This document shows, piece by piece, positions 45,274 through 56,699 of a stretch of 64,000 nucleotides of DNA. Position 1 is the stretch's first letter. The number at the start of each line of letters is the position of its first letter. Origin of the DNA: Escherichia coli (GTDB taxonomy: Bacteria > Pseudomonadota > Gammaproteobacteria > Enterobacterales > Enterobacteriaceae). Both the position numbers and the translations under genes were made by a program. The stretch is taken from the NCBI RefSeq assembly GCF_003334405.1, contig NZ_QOWM01000003.1; one strand, written 5' to 3'. The notes beneath the pieces were generated by a model. It saw only the letters and a program-made list of their open reading frames with translations, made no database searches and had not been told where the DNA came from.

Positions 45274-47184
45274 GTGACGGACGATTTTGCACCAGACGGT
45301 CAGCTGGCGAAAGCGATACCAGGCTTTAAGCCGCGAGAACCACAGCGACAGATGGCGGTAGCCGTCACCCAGGCGATAGAAAAAGGCCAGCCGCTGGTGG
45401 TGGAAGCAGGAACCGGTACGGGCAAAACCTACGCTTACCTGGCTCCTGCGCTGCGGGCGAAAAAGAAAGTCATTATCTCGACCGGCTCAAAAGCGTTGCA
45501 GGATCAGCTCTACAGCCGCGATTTGCCAACAGTCTCAAAGGCATTGAAATATACGGGCAACGTGGCGCTGCTGAAAGGGCGCTCAAACTACCTCTGCCTC
45601 GAACGTCTCGAACAGCAGGCGCTGGCGGGGGGCGATCTGCCGGTACAAATCTTAAGCGATGTGATCCTGCTGCGCTCCTGGTCTAATCAAACAGTCGATG
45701 GTGATATCAGCACCTGCGTCAGCGTGGCGGAAGATTCACAGGCGTGGCCGCTGGTCACCAGCACCAACGACAACTGTCTTGGCAGCGACTGCCCGATGTA
45801 TAAAGATTGCTTTGTGGTCAAAGCACGTAAAAAAGCGATGGACGCCGATGTGGTGGTGGTAAACCATCATCTCTTTCTGGCGGATATGGTGGTTAAAGAG
45901 AGTGGATTTGGCGAACTGATCCCGGAAGCGGACGTCATGATCTTCGACGAAGCCCACCAGCTACCGGACATTGCCAGCCAGTATTTTGGTCAGTCACTCT
46001 CCAGTCGACAACTGCTCGACCTGGCAAAAGACATCACCATCGCCTACCGCACCGAATTAAAAGACACCCAGCAGTTACAAAAGTGCGCTGATCGTCTTGC
46101 CCAGAGTGCGCAGGATTTTCGTCTGCAACTCGGTGAGCCAGGTTATCGCGGTAACCTGCGTGAGCTGTTAGCTAATCCGCAAATTCAGCGGGCATTTTTA
46201 CTGCTCGATGACACCCTGGAACTTTGTTATGACGTGGCGAAACTGTCACTGGGGCGTTCCGCCTTGCTGGATGCGGCATTTGAGCGCGCCACGTTGTATC
46301 GCACACGGCTGAAGCGGCTAAAAGAGATCAATCAGCCGGGCTACAGCTACTGGTACGAATGCACTTCGCGCCATTTTACTCTGGCTCTCACGCCGCTCAG
46401 CGTGGCGGATAAATTCAAAGAGTTAATGGCGCAAAAACCCGGTAGCTGGATCTTCACCTCAGCAACGCTGTCGGTGAACGACGATCTGCATCATTTCACC
46501 TCGCGGCTTGGCATCGAACAGGCCGAGTCGTTGCTGTTGCCCAGCCCATTTGATTACAGCCGCCAGGCGTTACTCTGTGTGCCGCGCAATCTGCCGCAAA
46601 CCAACCAGCCAGGTTCTGCTCGCCAGTTAGCGGCAATGCTGCGACCGATCATCGAAGCTAACAACGGTCGTTGTTTTATGCTTTGTACCTCGCACGCCAT
46701 GATGCGCGATCTGGCCGAGCAGTTCCGCGCTACCATGACGCTTCCTGTATTGTTGCAGGGGGAAACCAGCAAAGGGCAACTGTTGCAGCAATTTGTCAGC
46801 GCCGGTAATGCGCTTCTTGTGGCAACCAGCAGTTTCTGGGAAGGGGTGGACGTGCGTGGCGATACATTGTCATTGGTAATTATCGACAAATTGCCGTTTA
46901 CCTCGCCGGATGATCCACTGTTAAAAGCGCGCATGGAAGATTGTCGTTTGCGCGGTGGCGACCCGTTCGATGAAGTGCAACTACCAGATGCCGTCATTAC
47001 TCTCAAACAGGGGGTAGGGCGACTGATTCGCGACGCCGACGATCGTGGCGTGCTGGTGATTTGTGACAATCGGCTGGTGATGCGTCCTTACGGCGCGACG
47101 TTTCTCGCCAGTCTGCCGCCCGCGCCACGCACCCGTGACATTGCCCGTGCGGTTCGTTTCCTTGCGATACCATCCTCCAGGTAA
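45274..47184 (+). CDS. yoaA: DinG-family Fe-S ATP-dependent helicase YoaA
   Basis: Track ORF 636 aa; Walker A GTGTGKT, DEAH box (FDEAHQL), and four-Cys cluster CLERL...C...CLGSDCPMYKDCF. Non-ATG start. Confidence 0.93.
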   Translation: MTDDFAPDGQLAKAIPGFKPREPQRQMAVAVTQAIEKGQPLVVEAGTGTGKTYAYLAPALRAKKKVIISTGSKALQDQLYSRDLPTVSKALKYTGNVALLKGRSNYLCLERLEQQALAGGDLPVQILSDVILLRSWSNQTVDGDISTCVSVAEDSQAWPLVTSTNDNCLGSDCPMYKDCFVVKARKKAMDADVVVVNHHLFLADMVVKESGFGELIPEADVMIFDEAHQLPDIASQYFGQSLSSRQLLDLAKDITIAYRTELKDTQQLQKCADRLAQSAQDFRLQLGEPGYRGNLRELLANPQIQRAFLLLDDTLELCYDVAKLSLGRSALLDAAFERATLYRTRLKRLKEINQPGYSYWYECTSRHFTLALTPLSVADKFKELMAQKPGSWIFTSATLSVNDDLHHFTSRLGIEQAESLLLPSPFDYSRQALLCVPRNLPQTNQPGSARQLAAMLRPIIEANNGRCFMLCTSHAMMRDLAEQFRATMTLPVLLQGETSKGQLLQQFVSAGNALLVATSSFWEGVDVRGDTLSLVIIDKLPFTSPDDPLLKARMEDCRLRGGDPFDEVQLPDAVITLKQGVGRLIRDADDRGVLVICDNRLVMRPYGATFLASLPPAPRTRDIARAVRFLAIPSSR

Positions 47185-47241
47185 TTTGTTACGGAGTATG
47201 GTATGATGCGCGCCTTTTTATTGATCTAAGCACGAAGACCC

Positions 47242-47937
47242 ATGCGAATTCTGGCTATCGATACCGCGACAGAGGCCTGCTCTGTCGCCCTGTGGAACGA
47301 CGGTACTGTCAACGCTCATTTTGAGCTTTGCCCTCGTGAACATACTCAACGAATCTTACCGATGGTGCAGGATATCCTGACCACCAGCGGAACTTCCCTG
47401 ACTGATATTAACGCTCTGGCTTACGGGCGCGGCCCCGGTAGCTTTACTGGCGTGCGCATTGGTATTGGCATCGCGCAAGGGCTGGCGCTTGGCGCGGAAT
47501 TACCGATGATTGGCGTCTCCACGCTAATGACGATGGCGCAAGGGGCGTGGCGCAAAAACGGCGCAACCCGCGTGCTGGCAGCCATTGACGCGCGAATGGG
47601 CGAAGTTTACTGGGCCGAATATCAGCGTGATGAAAACGGTATCTGGCACGGTGAAGAAACCGAAGCCGTACTCAAACCCGAAATCGTCCATGAACGAATG
47701 CAACAGCTTTCCGGCGAATGGGTGACGGTAGGGACGGGCTGGCAAGCTTGGCCGGATCTCGGTAAAGAGAGCGGGCTGGTTTTGCGCGATGGCGAAGTGT
47801 TACTGCCTGCTGCTGAAGATATGCTGCCGATTGCGTGTCAGATGTTTGCTGAGGGTAAAACGGTGGCGGTGGAACATGCCGAACCGGTTTATTTACGTAA
47901 CAACGTCGCATGGAAGAAACTTCCGGGCAAAGAATGA
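47242..47937 (+). CDS. tsaB: tRNA t6A37 threonylcarbamoyladenosine biosynthesis protein TsaB
   Basis: Track ORF 231 aa, [21 protein letters not shown]... Confidence 0.94.
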   Translation: MRILAIDTATEACSVALWNDGTVNAHFELCPREHTQRILPMVQDILTTSGTSLTDINALAYGRGPGSFTGVRIGIGIAQGLALGAELPMIGVSTLMTMAQGAWRKNGATRVLAAIDARMGEVYWAEYQRDENGIWHGEETEAVLKPEIVHERMQQLSGEWVTVGTGWQAWPDLGKESGLVLRDGEVLLPAAEDMLPIACQMFAEGKTVAVEHAEPVYLRNNVAWKKLPGKE

Positions 47938-47976
47938 ATCTTAAGAGTATGCCCTGAGAAAAAAAGGAGTCGCACC

Positions 47977-48558
47977 ATGGCGGTTCAAAAGAATGTTATC
48001 AAAGGCATACTGGCAGGTACGTTTGCGCTAATGCTGAGCGGTTGTGTCACTGTGCCGGACGCCATTAAAGGCAGCAGTCCCACGCCGCAACAAGATTTAG
48101 TTCGGGTGATGAGTGCGCCGCAGCTGTACGTTGGTCAGGAGGCACGCTTTGGTGGCAAAGTGGTTGCGGTACAAAACCAGCAAGGGAAAACTCGCCTGGA
48201 AATTGCTACCGTACCGCTGGACAGCGGAGCCAGACCGACGCTGGGAGAACTTTCTCGCGGTCGCATTTATGCCGATGTGAACGGTTTTCTGGACCCGGTG
48301 GATTTCCGTGGACAACTGGTTACGGTAGTCGGGCCAATCACTGGTGCGGTTGACGGCAAAATCGGCAATACGCCCTATAAATTTATGGTGATGCAAGTAA
48401 CGGGTTACAAACGTTGGCATTTAACCCAGCAGGTGATTATGCCGCCTCAGCCGATTGATCCATGGTTTTATGGCGGTCGTGGCTGGCCCTATGGCTACGG
48501 CGGATGGGGCTGGTATAATCCCGGCCCCGCGAGAGTACAAACAGTTGTAACTGAATAA
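47977..48558 (+). CDS. yeaY: Slp-family outer-membrane lipoprotein YeaY
   Basis: Track ORF 193 aa with a lipobox (LSGC). Confidence 0.88.
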   Translation: MAVQKNVIKGILAGTFALMLSGCVTVPDAIKGSSPTPQQDLVRVMSAPQLYVGQEARFGGKVVAVQNQQGKTRLEIATVPLDSGARPTLGELSRGRIYADVNGFLDPVDFRGQLVTVVGPITGAVDGKIGNTPYKFMVMQVTGYKRWHLTQQVIMPPQPIDPWFYGGRGWPYGYGGWGWYNPGPARVQTVVTE

Positions 48559-48587
48559 TTGCTTGTTTTTAAAGAAAAAGAAACAGC

Positions 48588-48604
48588 GGCTGGTCCGCTG
48601 TTTC
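48588..48604. promoter_or_regulatory. FadR-operator-like site (distal) upstream of fadD
   Basis: ggctggtccgctgtttc resembles the FadR consensus CTGGTCnGACCTG; also part of an inverted repeat after yeaY. Confidence 0.35.
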
Positions 48605-48673
48605 TGCATTCTTACGGTAAAGATAAAAATAAATAGTGACGCGCTTCGCAACCTTTTCGTTGGGTAATTATCA

Positions 48674-48690
48674 AGCTGGTATGATGAGTT
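48674..48690. promoter_or_regulatory. FadR-operator-like site (proximal) in the fadD promoter
   Basis: agctggtatgatgagtt about 75 nt upstream of the fadD start; fadD is a known FadR target. Confidence 0.45.
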
Positions 48691-48762
48691 AATATTATGT
48701 TAACGGCATGTATATCATTTGGGGTTGCGATGACGACGAACACGCATTTTAGAGGTGAAGAA

Positions 48763-50448
48763 TTGAAGAAGGTTTGGCTTAACCGTTATCCCGCGGACGT
48801 TCCGACGGAGATCAACCCTGACCGTTATCAATCTCTGGTAGATATGTTTGAGCAGTCGGTCGCGCGCTACGCCGATCAACCTGCGTTTGTGAATATGGGG
48901 GAGGTAATGACCTTCCGCAAGCTGGAAGAACGCAGTCGCGCGTTTGCCGCTTATTTGCAACAAGGGTTGGGGCTGAAGAAAGGCGATCGCGTTGCGTTGA
49001 TGATGCCTAATTTATTGCAATATCCGGTGGCGCTGTTTGGCATTTTGCGTGCCGGGATGATCGTCGTAAACGTTAACCCGTTGTATACCCCGCGTGAGCT
49101 TGAGCATCAGCTTAACGATAGCGGCGCATCGGCGATTGTTATCGTGTCTAACTTTGCTCACACACTGGAAAAAGTGGTTGATAAAACCGCCGTTCAGCAC
49201 GTAATTCTGACCCGTATGGGCGATCAGCTATCTACGGCAAAAGGCACGGTAGTCAATTTCGTTGTTAAATACATCAAGCGTTTGGTGCCGAAATACCATC
49301 TGCCAGATGCCATTTCATTTCGTAGCGCACTGCATAACGGCTACCGGATGCAGTACGTCAAACCCGAACTGGTGCCGGAAGATTTAGCTTTTCTGCAATA
49401 CACCGGCGGCACCACTGGTGTGGCGAAAGGCGCGATGCTGACTCACCGCAATATGCTGGCGAACCTGGAACAGGTTAACGCGACCTATGGTCCGCTGTTG
49501 CATCCGGGCAAAGAGCTGGTGGTGACGGCGCTGCCGCTGTATCACATTTTTGCCCTGACCATTAACTGCCTGCTGTTTATCGAACTGGGTGGGCAGAACC
49601 TGCTTATCACTAACCCGCGCGATATTCCAGGGTTGGTAAAAGAGTTAGCGAAATATCCGTTTACCGCTATCACGGGCGTTAACACCTTGTTCAATGCGTT
49701 GCTGAACAATAAAGAGTTCCAGCAGCTGGATTTCTCCAGTCTGCATCTTTCCGCAGGCGGTGGGATGCCAGTGCAGCAAGTGGTGGCAGAGCGTTGGGTG
49801 AAACTGACCGGACAGTATCTGCTGGAAGGCTATGGCCTTACCGAGTGTGCGCCGCTGGTCAGCGTTAACCCATATGATATTGATTATCATAGTGGTAGCA
49901 TCGGTTTGCCGGTGCCGTCGACGGAAGCCAAACTGGTGGATGATGATGATAATGAAGTACCACCAGGTCAACCGGGTGAGCTTTGTGTCAAAGGACCGCA
50001 GGTGATGCTGGGTTACTGGCAGCGTCCCGATGCTACCGATGAAATCATCAAAAATGGCTGGTTACACACCGGCGACATCGCGGTAATGGATGAAGAAGGA
50101 TTCCTGCGCATTGTCGATCGTAAAAAAGACATGATTCTGGTTTCCGGTTTTAACGTCTATCCCAACGAGATTGAAGATGTCGTCATGCAGCATCCTGGCG
50201 TACAGGAAGTCGCGGCTGTTGGCGTACCTTCCGGCTCCAGTGGTGAAGCGGTGAAAATCTTCGTAGTGAAAAAAGATCCATCGCTTACCGAAGAGTCACT
50301 GGTGACTTTTTGCCGCCGTCAGCTCACGGGATACAAAGTACCGAAGCTGGTGGAGTTTCGTGATGAGTTACCGAAATCTAACGTCGGAAAAATTTTGCGA
50401 CGAGAATTACGTGACGAAGCGCGCGGCAAAGTGGACAATAAAGCCTGA
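48763..50448 (+). CDS. fadD: Long-chain fatty acid--CoA ligase
   Basis: Track ORF 48697-50448 trimmed to the TTG start giving [24 protein letters not shown]... (561 aa). Confidence 0.93.
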
Positions 50449-50468
50449 GCGTTAAGTCAGTCGTCAGA

Positions 50469-50493
50469 CGCCGGTTAATCCGGCGTTTTTTTT
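50469..50493 (+). terminator. Rho-independent terminator after fadD
   Basis: Hairpin cgccggttaatccggcg followed by tttttttt. Confidence 0.7.
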
Positions 50494-50517
50494 GACGCCC
50501 ACTAAAGAGAAAACAAT

Positions 50518-51645
50518 TTGAATTACCAAATGATTACCACGGACGATGCGCTGGCTTCTTTGTGTGAAGCCGTCCGTGCCTTTCCGGCGATAGCCCTGGA
50601 TACTGAATTTGTTCGTACGCGCACTTATTACCCGCAGCTGGGGTTGATTCAACTTTTCGATGGCGAGCATCTGGCGCTAATCGATCCACTCGGGATCACC
50701 GACTGGTCACCGCTGAAAGCGATCCTGCGCGATCCGTCCATCACAAAATTTCTCCATGCAGGCAGTGAAGATCTGGAAGTGTTCCTCAATGTCTTTGGCG
50801 AATTACCACAACCCTTGATTGACACGCAAATCCTTGCTGCCTTCTGCGGACGCCCGATGTCATGGGGTTTCGCTTCCATGGTGGAAGAGTATTCCGGCGT
50901 TACGCTGGACAAGAGTGAATCGCGCACCGACTGGCTGGCCAGACCGCTGACCGAACGTCAGTGTGAATACGCAGCGGCGGATGTCTGGTATCTGTTACCG
51001 ATCACCGCCAAGCTTATGGTAGAAACGGAGGCCTCCGGCTGGCTACCTGCGGCGCTGGATGAATGCCGCCTGATGCAAATGCGTCGTCAGGAAGTCGTTG
51101 CGCCGGAAGATGCCTGGCGTGATATCACCAATGCCTGGCAATTACGCACACGCCAACTGGCCTGTCTGCAACTGTTAGCCGACTGGCGACTGCGCAAGGC
51201 GCGAGAGCGCGATCTGGCGGTGAACTTTGTCGTGCGTGAAGAGCATTTGTGGTCGGTAGCGCGTTATATGCCGGGAAGTTTAGGCGAACTGGACAGCCTG
51301 GGTTTATCCGGTAGCGAAATCCGCTTTCACGGTAAAACGCTGCTAGCGCTGGTGGAAAAAGCGCAGACATTGCCGGAAGATGCCTTACCGCAGCCGATGC
51401 TTAACCTGATGGACATGCCGGGTTATCGTAAAGCGTTTAAAGCGATTAAGTCGCTGATTACTGACGTGAGCGAAACGCATAAGATCAGCGCCGAATTGCT
51501 GGCATCGCGTCGGCAAATCAACCAACTGCTGAACTGGCACTGGAAACTGAAACCGCAGAACAATTTGCCGGAGCTGATTTCCGGCTGGCGTGGTGAGCTG
51601 ATGGCGGAAGCATTACACAATTTATTGCAGGAATATCCGCAGTAA
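50518..51645 (+). CDS. rnd: Ribonuclease D
   Basis: Track ORF 375 aa with a TTG initiation codon (established for rnd); DEDDy exonuclease and HRDC domains. Confidence 0.93.
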   Translation: MNYQMITTDDALASLCEAVRAFPAIALDTEFVRTRTYYPQLGLIQLFDGEHLALIDPLGITDWSPLKAILRDPSITKFLHAGSEDLEVFLNVFGELPQPLIDTQILAAFCGRPMSWGFASMVEEYSGVTLDKSESRTDWLARPLTERQCEYAAADVWYLLPITAKLMVETEASGWLPAALDECRLMQMRRQEVVAPEDAWRDITNAWQLRTRQLACLQLLADWRLRKARERDLAVNFVVREEHLWSVARYMPGSLGELDSLGLSGSEIRFHGKTLLALVEKAQTLPEDALPQPMLNLMDMPGYRKAFKAIKSLITDVSETHKISAELLASRRQINQLLNWHWKLKPQNNLPELISGWRGELMAEALHNLLQEYPQ

Positions 51646-51698
51646 AATCTTCCGAAGCCGGACTGGGCGCGCTCAGCGCCACATCCGGCTTCGGCAAA

Positions 51699-52664
51699 CT
51701 ACAAATCCAACACCAGGCGTTTACCCTTCGCACGCGAACAACAGATCAACATACTTTGCTGGCTGGCACGCTCTTCATCGCTAAAATATTGATCCCGATG
51801 GTCAGCTTCACCTTCCAGTATTGCTGTTTCGCAGGTTCCGCATACCCCTTCACGACATAAACATTCCACTTTCGCGGCTTTATTATTTTCAATAACCTGC
51901 AAAATAGTCATCTCTTCCGGCACCACAAACTCTTTTCCGGAACGGGCAAGCACCAGGGTAAATGCATCGCCGGTTTTGTCTTCGATAGCAAATTGCTCAA
52001 AGTGCAGCGTATCGGCGGCGATGTCCAGACGCGCAGCTTCACTTCTTACCGCTTCAATTAGCGCCTCGGGGCCACAGGTATAAACGTGTGTGCCAGGTTC
52101 GATATCCGCCAATAATCGCGCTAATTCCAGTCGTGTTCCGGTTGATGAATGATGCAAATGGACTTTCTCAGCCTGCGGATGCTGGACTAGCTCATCACGA
52201 AATGCGCAACTTTCTGGATTTCGCGAGCAGTAATGTAGCTGCCAGTCGACGTCGCTGTGTTGCAGCTCTGCCATGTGCGACAGGAAAGGGGTGATACCAA
52301 TACCGCCCGCGATAAACAGATGCTTTCTGGCTGAGGGAATTAGCGCAAACAGGTTATTAGGCGTTGAAATCGTTAACCGATCGCCCACTTTTACCTGCTG
52401 ATGCAAAAAGCGGGAACCGCCGCGCGAGTTTTCCTCCAGCCGAACGGCAATCTGATAACAAGAGGTGTCATGCGGCGAACTCAGTAGTGAATACGCATTG
52501 CTGTACTGGTTATCACCATCGCTCATCTGCACAATGACGTGACTTCCTCCGGTAAACGCAGGTAATGGTTTGCCATCGGTTGCCACCAGCGTGAAGCGTT
52601 TCACCTGTTCGGTAAGGGGTTCAACCTGGCTCACCTGTACTTCAAACATTTGATAGTCTGACAT
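51699..52664 (-). CDS. yeaX: Carnitine monooxygenase reductase subunit (YeaX/CntB)
   Basis: Track ORF 321 aa; FNR-like flavin/NAD domain plus C-terminal plant-type [2Fe-2S] motif CREGVCGTC. Confidence 0.9.
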   Translation of the reverse strand: MSDYQMFEVQVSQVEPLTEQVKRFTLVATDGKPLPAFTGGSHVIVQMSDGDNQYSNAYSLLSSPHDTSCYQIAVRLEENSRGGSRFLHQQVKVGDRLTISTPNNLFALIPSARKHLFIAGGIGITPFLSHMAELQHSDVDWQLHYCSRNPESCAFRDELVQHPQAEKVHLHHSSTGTRLELARLLADIEPGTHVYTCGPEALIEAVRSEAARLDIAADTLHFEQFAIEDKTGDAFTLVLARSGKEFVVPEEMTILQVIENNKAAKVECLCREGVCGTCETAILEGEADHRDQYFSDEERASQQSMLICCSRAKGKRLVLDL

Positions 52665-52719
52665 TGCTGTACTCCATCAAAAATCAGCCCAGCGGCGGAA
52701 AATACCGCCGCCGATGTCA

Positions 52720-53844
52720 TTAGTCCTTAAACACCTGCGCCAGCAGATTATGGAAATGGGCGATACCATGTTCGGAAATGCCACTACCGCTACTGTCGGC
52801 CATGATGCGCCCCTGACCACGATAGCCACGCGATTTCAGCCCTTTCTGTACGCTTTCAACCAGACGTAAATCTTCCGGACGGAACACATCGCGATACCAC
52901 TCAATCAGCGATTTTTGCTCGTCGGTTAACTCTTCATTGGTGAAGTAAATATCGTAGTTTTGCAGGGTAGTTTCAGAATCCACCGGGAATTCATAAATGA
53001 CCGTCATCATCCCTTTGATCGGGGTGACGTTCAGCATCGTGCACGGCCACAGCCAGAAACCGTGGAATGCCGCATCCGTACCCTCTTCAAATTTAAACGA
53101 CTGTTCGGACGGTTTGGCGAAACCGTATTGCAGCGTCCAGTTACCGTGCATGGTGTGCCAGTAACGATCAACCTGTACGGAGTCGGAGAAACCTGGATGC
53201 GCCGGACCACAGTGATAGCACTCGAGATAGTTATCGACAATGTTCTTCCAGTTGGCAGGCGTGCGGGTGGTAAAGCGGGCCGCCAGTTTCAGATCGTGGA
53301 CTTCCGGGCAGGCTTCCAGCACTTTCGCGCCCAGGCCGGGTAATTGATCTTCTACGCTGGTGGCGTTGGGGTCCATGTTGATGAAGACGAATCCGGCATA
53401 TTCTTCCAGACGCACCGGAACCAGTTGCGCTTTGTCGCTATCGAAATTGGCGACGTTTTCGCAGTTACGTGCATGGGCCAGGTTGCCATCGAGTTTGAAT
53501 GCCCATGCGTGATACGGGCAGGTAATCACATTTTTTGCTTTTCCTTCACCGCTCAACAACTGATGACCACGGTGCGGACACACGTTATAGAACGCGCGCA
53601 AAACCTTATCACGACCGCGTACCAGCACGATGCTTTCGCCAATGATCTCACGCGTCACATAATCATTGGCATTCGCCAGTTCGCTGCTGTGAGCGACGCA
53701 AATCCAGCTTTTGGCGAAGACGTTCTCTTTTTCGTGTTCAAACGCGTTCTGATCGGTATAAAAACGGGCAGGAATGGTCCACGCCTCTTGCGGGTTAGCG
53801 CAAAAATTTTCGGGTAGTACAAAGTCAGGGCTCAGATTGCTCAT
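52720..53844 (-). CDS. yeaW: Carnitine monooxygenase Rieske oxygenase subunit (YeaW/CntA)
   Basis: Track ORF 52720-53964 trimmed to MSNLSPDFVLPENF... (374 aa); Rieske motif CPHRGH...CPYHAW seen. Confidence 0.9.
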   Translation of the reverse strand: MSNLSPDFVLPENFCANPQEAWTIPARFYTDQNAFEHEKENVFAKSWICVAHSSELANANDYVTREIIGESIVLVRGRDKVLRAFYNVCPHRGHQLLSGEGKAKNVITCPYHAWAFKLDGNLAHARNCENVANFDSDKAQLVPVRLEEYAGFVFINMDPNATSVEDQLPGLGAKVLEACPEVHDLKLAARFTTRTPANWKNIVDNYLECYHCGPAHPGFSDSVQVDRYWHTMHGNWTLQYGFAKPSEQSFKFEEGTDAAFHGFWLWPCTMLNVTPIKGMMTVIYEFPVDSETTLQNYDIYFTNEELTDEQKSLIEWYRDVFRPEDLRLVESVQKGLKSRGYRGQGRIMADSSGSGISEHGIAHFHNLLAQVFKD

Positions 53845-53875
53845 AGGGATACCTTTATCGTTAGGATGATGGCGC

Positions 53876-55321
53876 TCAGTTGTCGCCTTTGAATACGGTT
53901 CCCGCAGGGAGCACTGGCGTTTTTTCCAGGGCTTCAACCGGTGTCTGCGGGAGATAATGTTCAACTTGATGAGCCGGAATGTCGGCGTAATCCTGTTTCA
54001 GCCAGCGAATAAACCCGCCGACTTTCACCAGTAAAATGACGAGGAAGGGAAGGGCTGTGAGCACGACGGTGGTTTTCATCGTTTCCAGCGAAGCACCGGT
54101 AAACAAGATGGAAAGCGGGATCAGAGTGATCACCACGCACCAGAAAAGACGCAGCCCACGGTCAGGATCGTCACCTTCCTGGAGATTACGCGTACTGGTC
54201 GCCGCCATGGTGTAGGCCACTGCATCCATATGCGAGGCAAGGAAAATAATCATCACGCCCAGGTATGCGGCGAGGAACAATTTACCGGCTGGCAACGACA
54301 TCAGAACTTGCTGTACAGCTGTTTCGCCGCCCAGTGTTTCCAGCACCTGTGGGACGTTGATTACGCCATTGATAAACTGATGAATGGCATAGCTTTCCAT
54401 TACGCCAAAGAAGAACCAGCAACCGACGGTGCTGCCGAGGATCAGTCCCCAGATAACTTCTTTAATCTTACGACCGCGGGAAACGCGGGTGACAAACATT
54501 GCTACGCCAGGGGTGTATGAGATCCACCACAGCCAGTAGAAAACGGTCCAGTTGCGGGTAAATGAACCATCGCCAAGCGGATCGGTGAATAAGCTCATTT
54601 GCAGGAAGTTTTGCGTGGTCAGGCCGATGGCATTGATGATGCTGTTGGTAATAAATTCGGTTGGGCCGACAATCAGCACCAGTAATGGCAGCAGGAACGC
54701 GCCCCAGCCAACCATTTTGCTCAGACGTTGCAAACCGTTGTTGATACCAATCCACGAGCTTAGGCAAAAAATGCCGCCGGAAAGCAGGATCACAAATGCC
54801 TGCACGGTGAAGTTATCGGGTAAACCGGTCAGCGCGGAAAGCCCACGGGTAAAGGTTGCTGCGGTAACAACAAGGGAAATGGTCAGTGCGCCGACAGTGG
54901 CGATCAGGAACATCAAATCGACCAGTTTTCCCCATGGGCCTTGCGGGCGAACGCCGGTAATAGCAGCAATAATGCCGGAAAGGCTCAGACCTTTGTTTTT
55001 CCGCACATGAAAGTGATAAGCCATGATTAATGAGGCCAGCGTATAAGTTGCCCAGGCGCTGATGCCCCAGTGGAAGAAAGAGTAGGGAACGCTAAATTCG
55101 AGTGCCTGTTGTGAACGCGGTGCGATATTTAATCCAGGTGTTTGATAATAATAGGCCCATTCAGCAACCCCCCAATAAAGCGTAGAAGAACCTAAACCGG
55201 CACAAATAAACATAAACAGCCAGGAGAGCGTGCTGTATTCCGGTTTTCCTTCGCCAAGACGAATATTGCCGTATTTACTGGTGGCTAAATAAATCACCAG
55301 TCCCATTGCCAGCAAAACCAA
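53876..55321 (-). CDS. yeaV: BCCT-family transporter YeaV
   Basis: Track ORF 481 aa, polytopic membrane protein. Confidence 0.9.
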
Positions 55322-55511
55322 TACCTGTACGGCGGAACCTAACGTACGCGTAACAAAATTTGCATGTTACATAAATTAAACAATTAAGAATACGGAAAGC
55401 CATAAAACACGAAACGGAAACAATAAAAGGTGAAATGACGCAGGTTATTTACTGCAAAGAACGAATAAAAAAACCGCGTCAGTGACGCGGTTCAAATAAA
55501 CTGGTTTGACC

Positions 55512-56597
55512 TTAACGCAAAATAATTTTGCAAATCGCGTCGGCAACCTGTGGCGTGGTGGCATTGCCTTTCATATCAGGTGTTTTCGGCCCGTGAGCAA
55601 TCACTTCTTCAATTGCTGCCAGAATACCGTTATGCGCTTGCTGGAAACGCTCATCGCCATTGCCGAGAAAATCGAGCATCATTGCCCCGGCCCAAATCGT
55701 GGCGATAGGGTTAGCAATATTTTTCCCGTAGATATCCGGCGCGGAACCGTGGACAGGCTCGAAGAGCGACGGGAAAGTGCGTTCCGGATTCAGGTTGGCG
55801 GATGGGGCAATGCCAATGGTGCCGGTGCAGGCCGGGCCAAGATCGGAAAGGATATCGCCAAACAAATTGGACGCCACCACCACATCGAATCGTTCCGGCT
55901 GCATCACAAAACGCGCGCAGAGAATATCAATATGCTGCTTGTCCCAGCGGATCTCCGGGTAATTCTCGGCCATTGCTTCCACTCGCTCATCCCAGTACGG
56001 CATGCTGATGGCTAAACCGTTCGATTTAGTGGCAGAAGTTAGTGTCTTACGTGGACGGCTTTGCGCAAGTTCGAAGGCATAACGCAAAATGCGATCGACA
56101 CCACGGCGGGTAAATACCGATTCCTGAATGACGACTTCATGCTCTGTACCTTCATTCACTCTACCGCCGAGCGAGGAATATTCGCCTTCGGTGTTTTCCC
56201 TGACCACGTAAAAATCGATGTCGCCAGGCTGTTTTCCCGCCAGCGGGCAGGGAACGCCAGGAAAGAGACGAACCGGGCGCAGGTTGACGTACTGGTCGAA
56301 TTCACGACGAAATTTCAGCAGCGAACCCCACAACGAAATATGGTCCGGAACGGTATCCGGCCAGCCGACGGCACCAAAATAGATGGCGTCGAAACGGCTA
56401 AGTTGCTCATGCCAGTCGTCCGGCATCATTTTACCGTGATGGCTGTAATACTCGCAGCTCGCCCACTCCATTTGCTCAAAACTCAAGGCGAAGCCCCAGC
56501 GCTCAGCGGCAGCCTGTAACACGCGAATCCCTTCAGGAAGGACTTCTTTGCCAATCCCGTCTCCCGGGATCGCAGCAATACGCATCGTTTTCATCAT
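55512..56597 (-). CDS. dmlA: D-malate dehydrogenase (decarboxylating)
   Basis: Track ORF 361 aa, isocitrate/isopropylmalate dehydrogenase family. Confidence 0.92.
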   Translation of the reverse strand: MMKTMRIAAIPGDGIGKEVLPEGIRVLQAAAERWGFALSFEQMEWASCEYYSHHGKMMPDDWHEQLSRFDAIYFGAVGWPDTVPDHISLWGSLLKFRREFDQYVNLRPVRLFPGVPCPLAGKQPGDIDFYVVRENTEGEYSSLGGRVNEGTEHEVVIQESVFTRRGVDRILRYAFELAQSRPRKTLTSATKSNGLAISMPYWDERVEAMAENYPEIRWDKQHIDILCARFVMQPERFDVVVASNLFGDILSDLGPACTGTIGIAPSANLNPERTFPSLFEPVHGSAPDIYGKNIANPIATIWAGAMMLDFLGNGDERFQQAHNGILAAIEEVIAHGPKTPDMKGNATTPQVADAICKIILR

Positions 56598-56699
56598 TGG
56601 GTTCTCACTTCCTGACCATCAAAATTGACAACATCACCATCCTATAATTGACTGAAAAGGAATTAATCCCCGTAACTGGTGAAACATAAAACACGAATC

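Noticed and set aside
45273-45276. Apparent 1-nt frame inconsistency at the yoaA start (and similarly at the rsmF start near 18291) when I counted bases by hand
   Set aside because: The track gives intact ORFs whose lengths are exact multiples of three, so I attribute this to my own counting error near line boundaries, not to a genuine frameshift or pseudogene.
46554-47069. 171-aa minus-strand ORF
   Set aside because: Antisense shadow of yoaA.
54552-56015. 152-aa and 169-aa plus-strand ORFs
   Set aside because: Antisense shadows of yeaV and dmlA.
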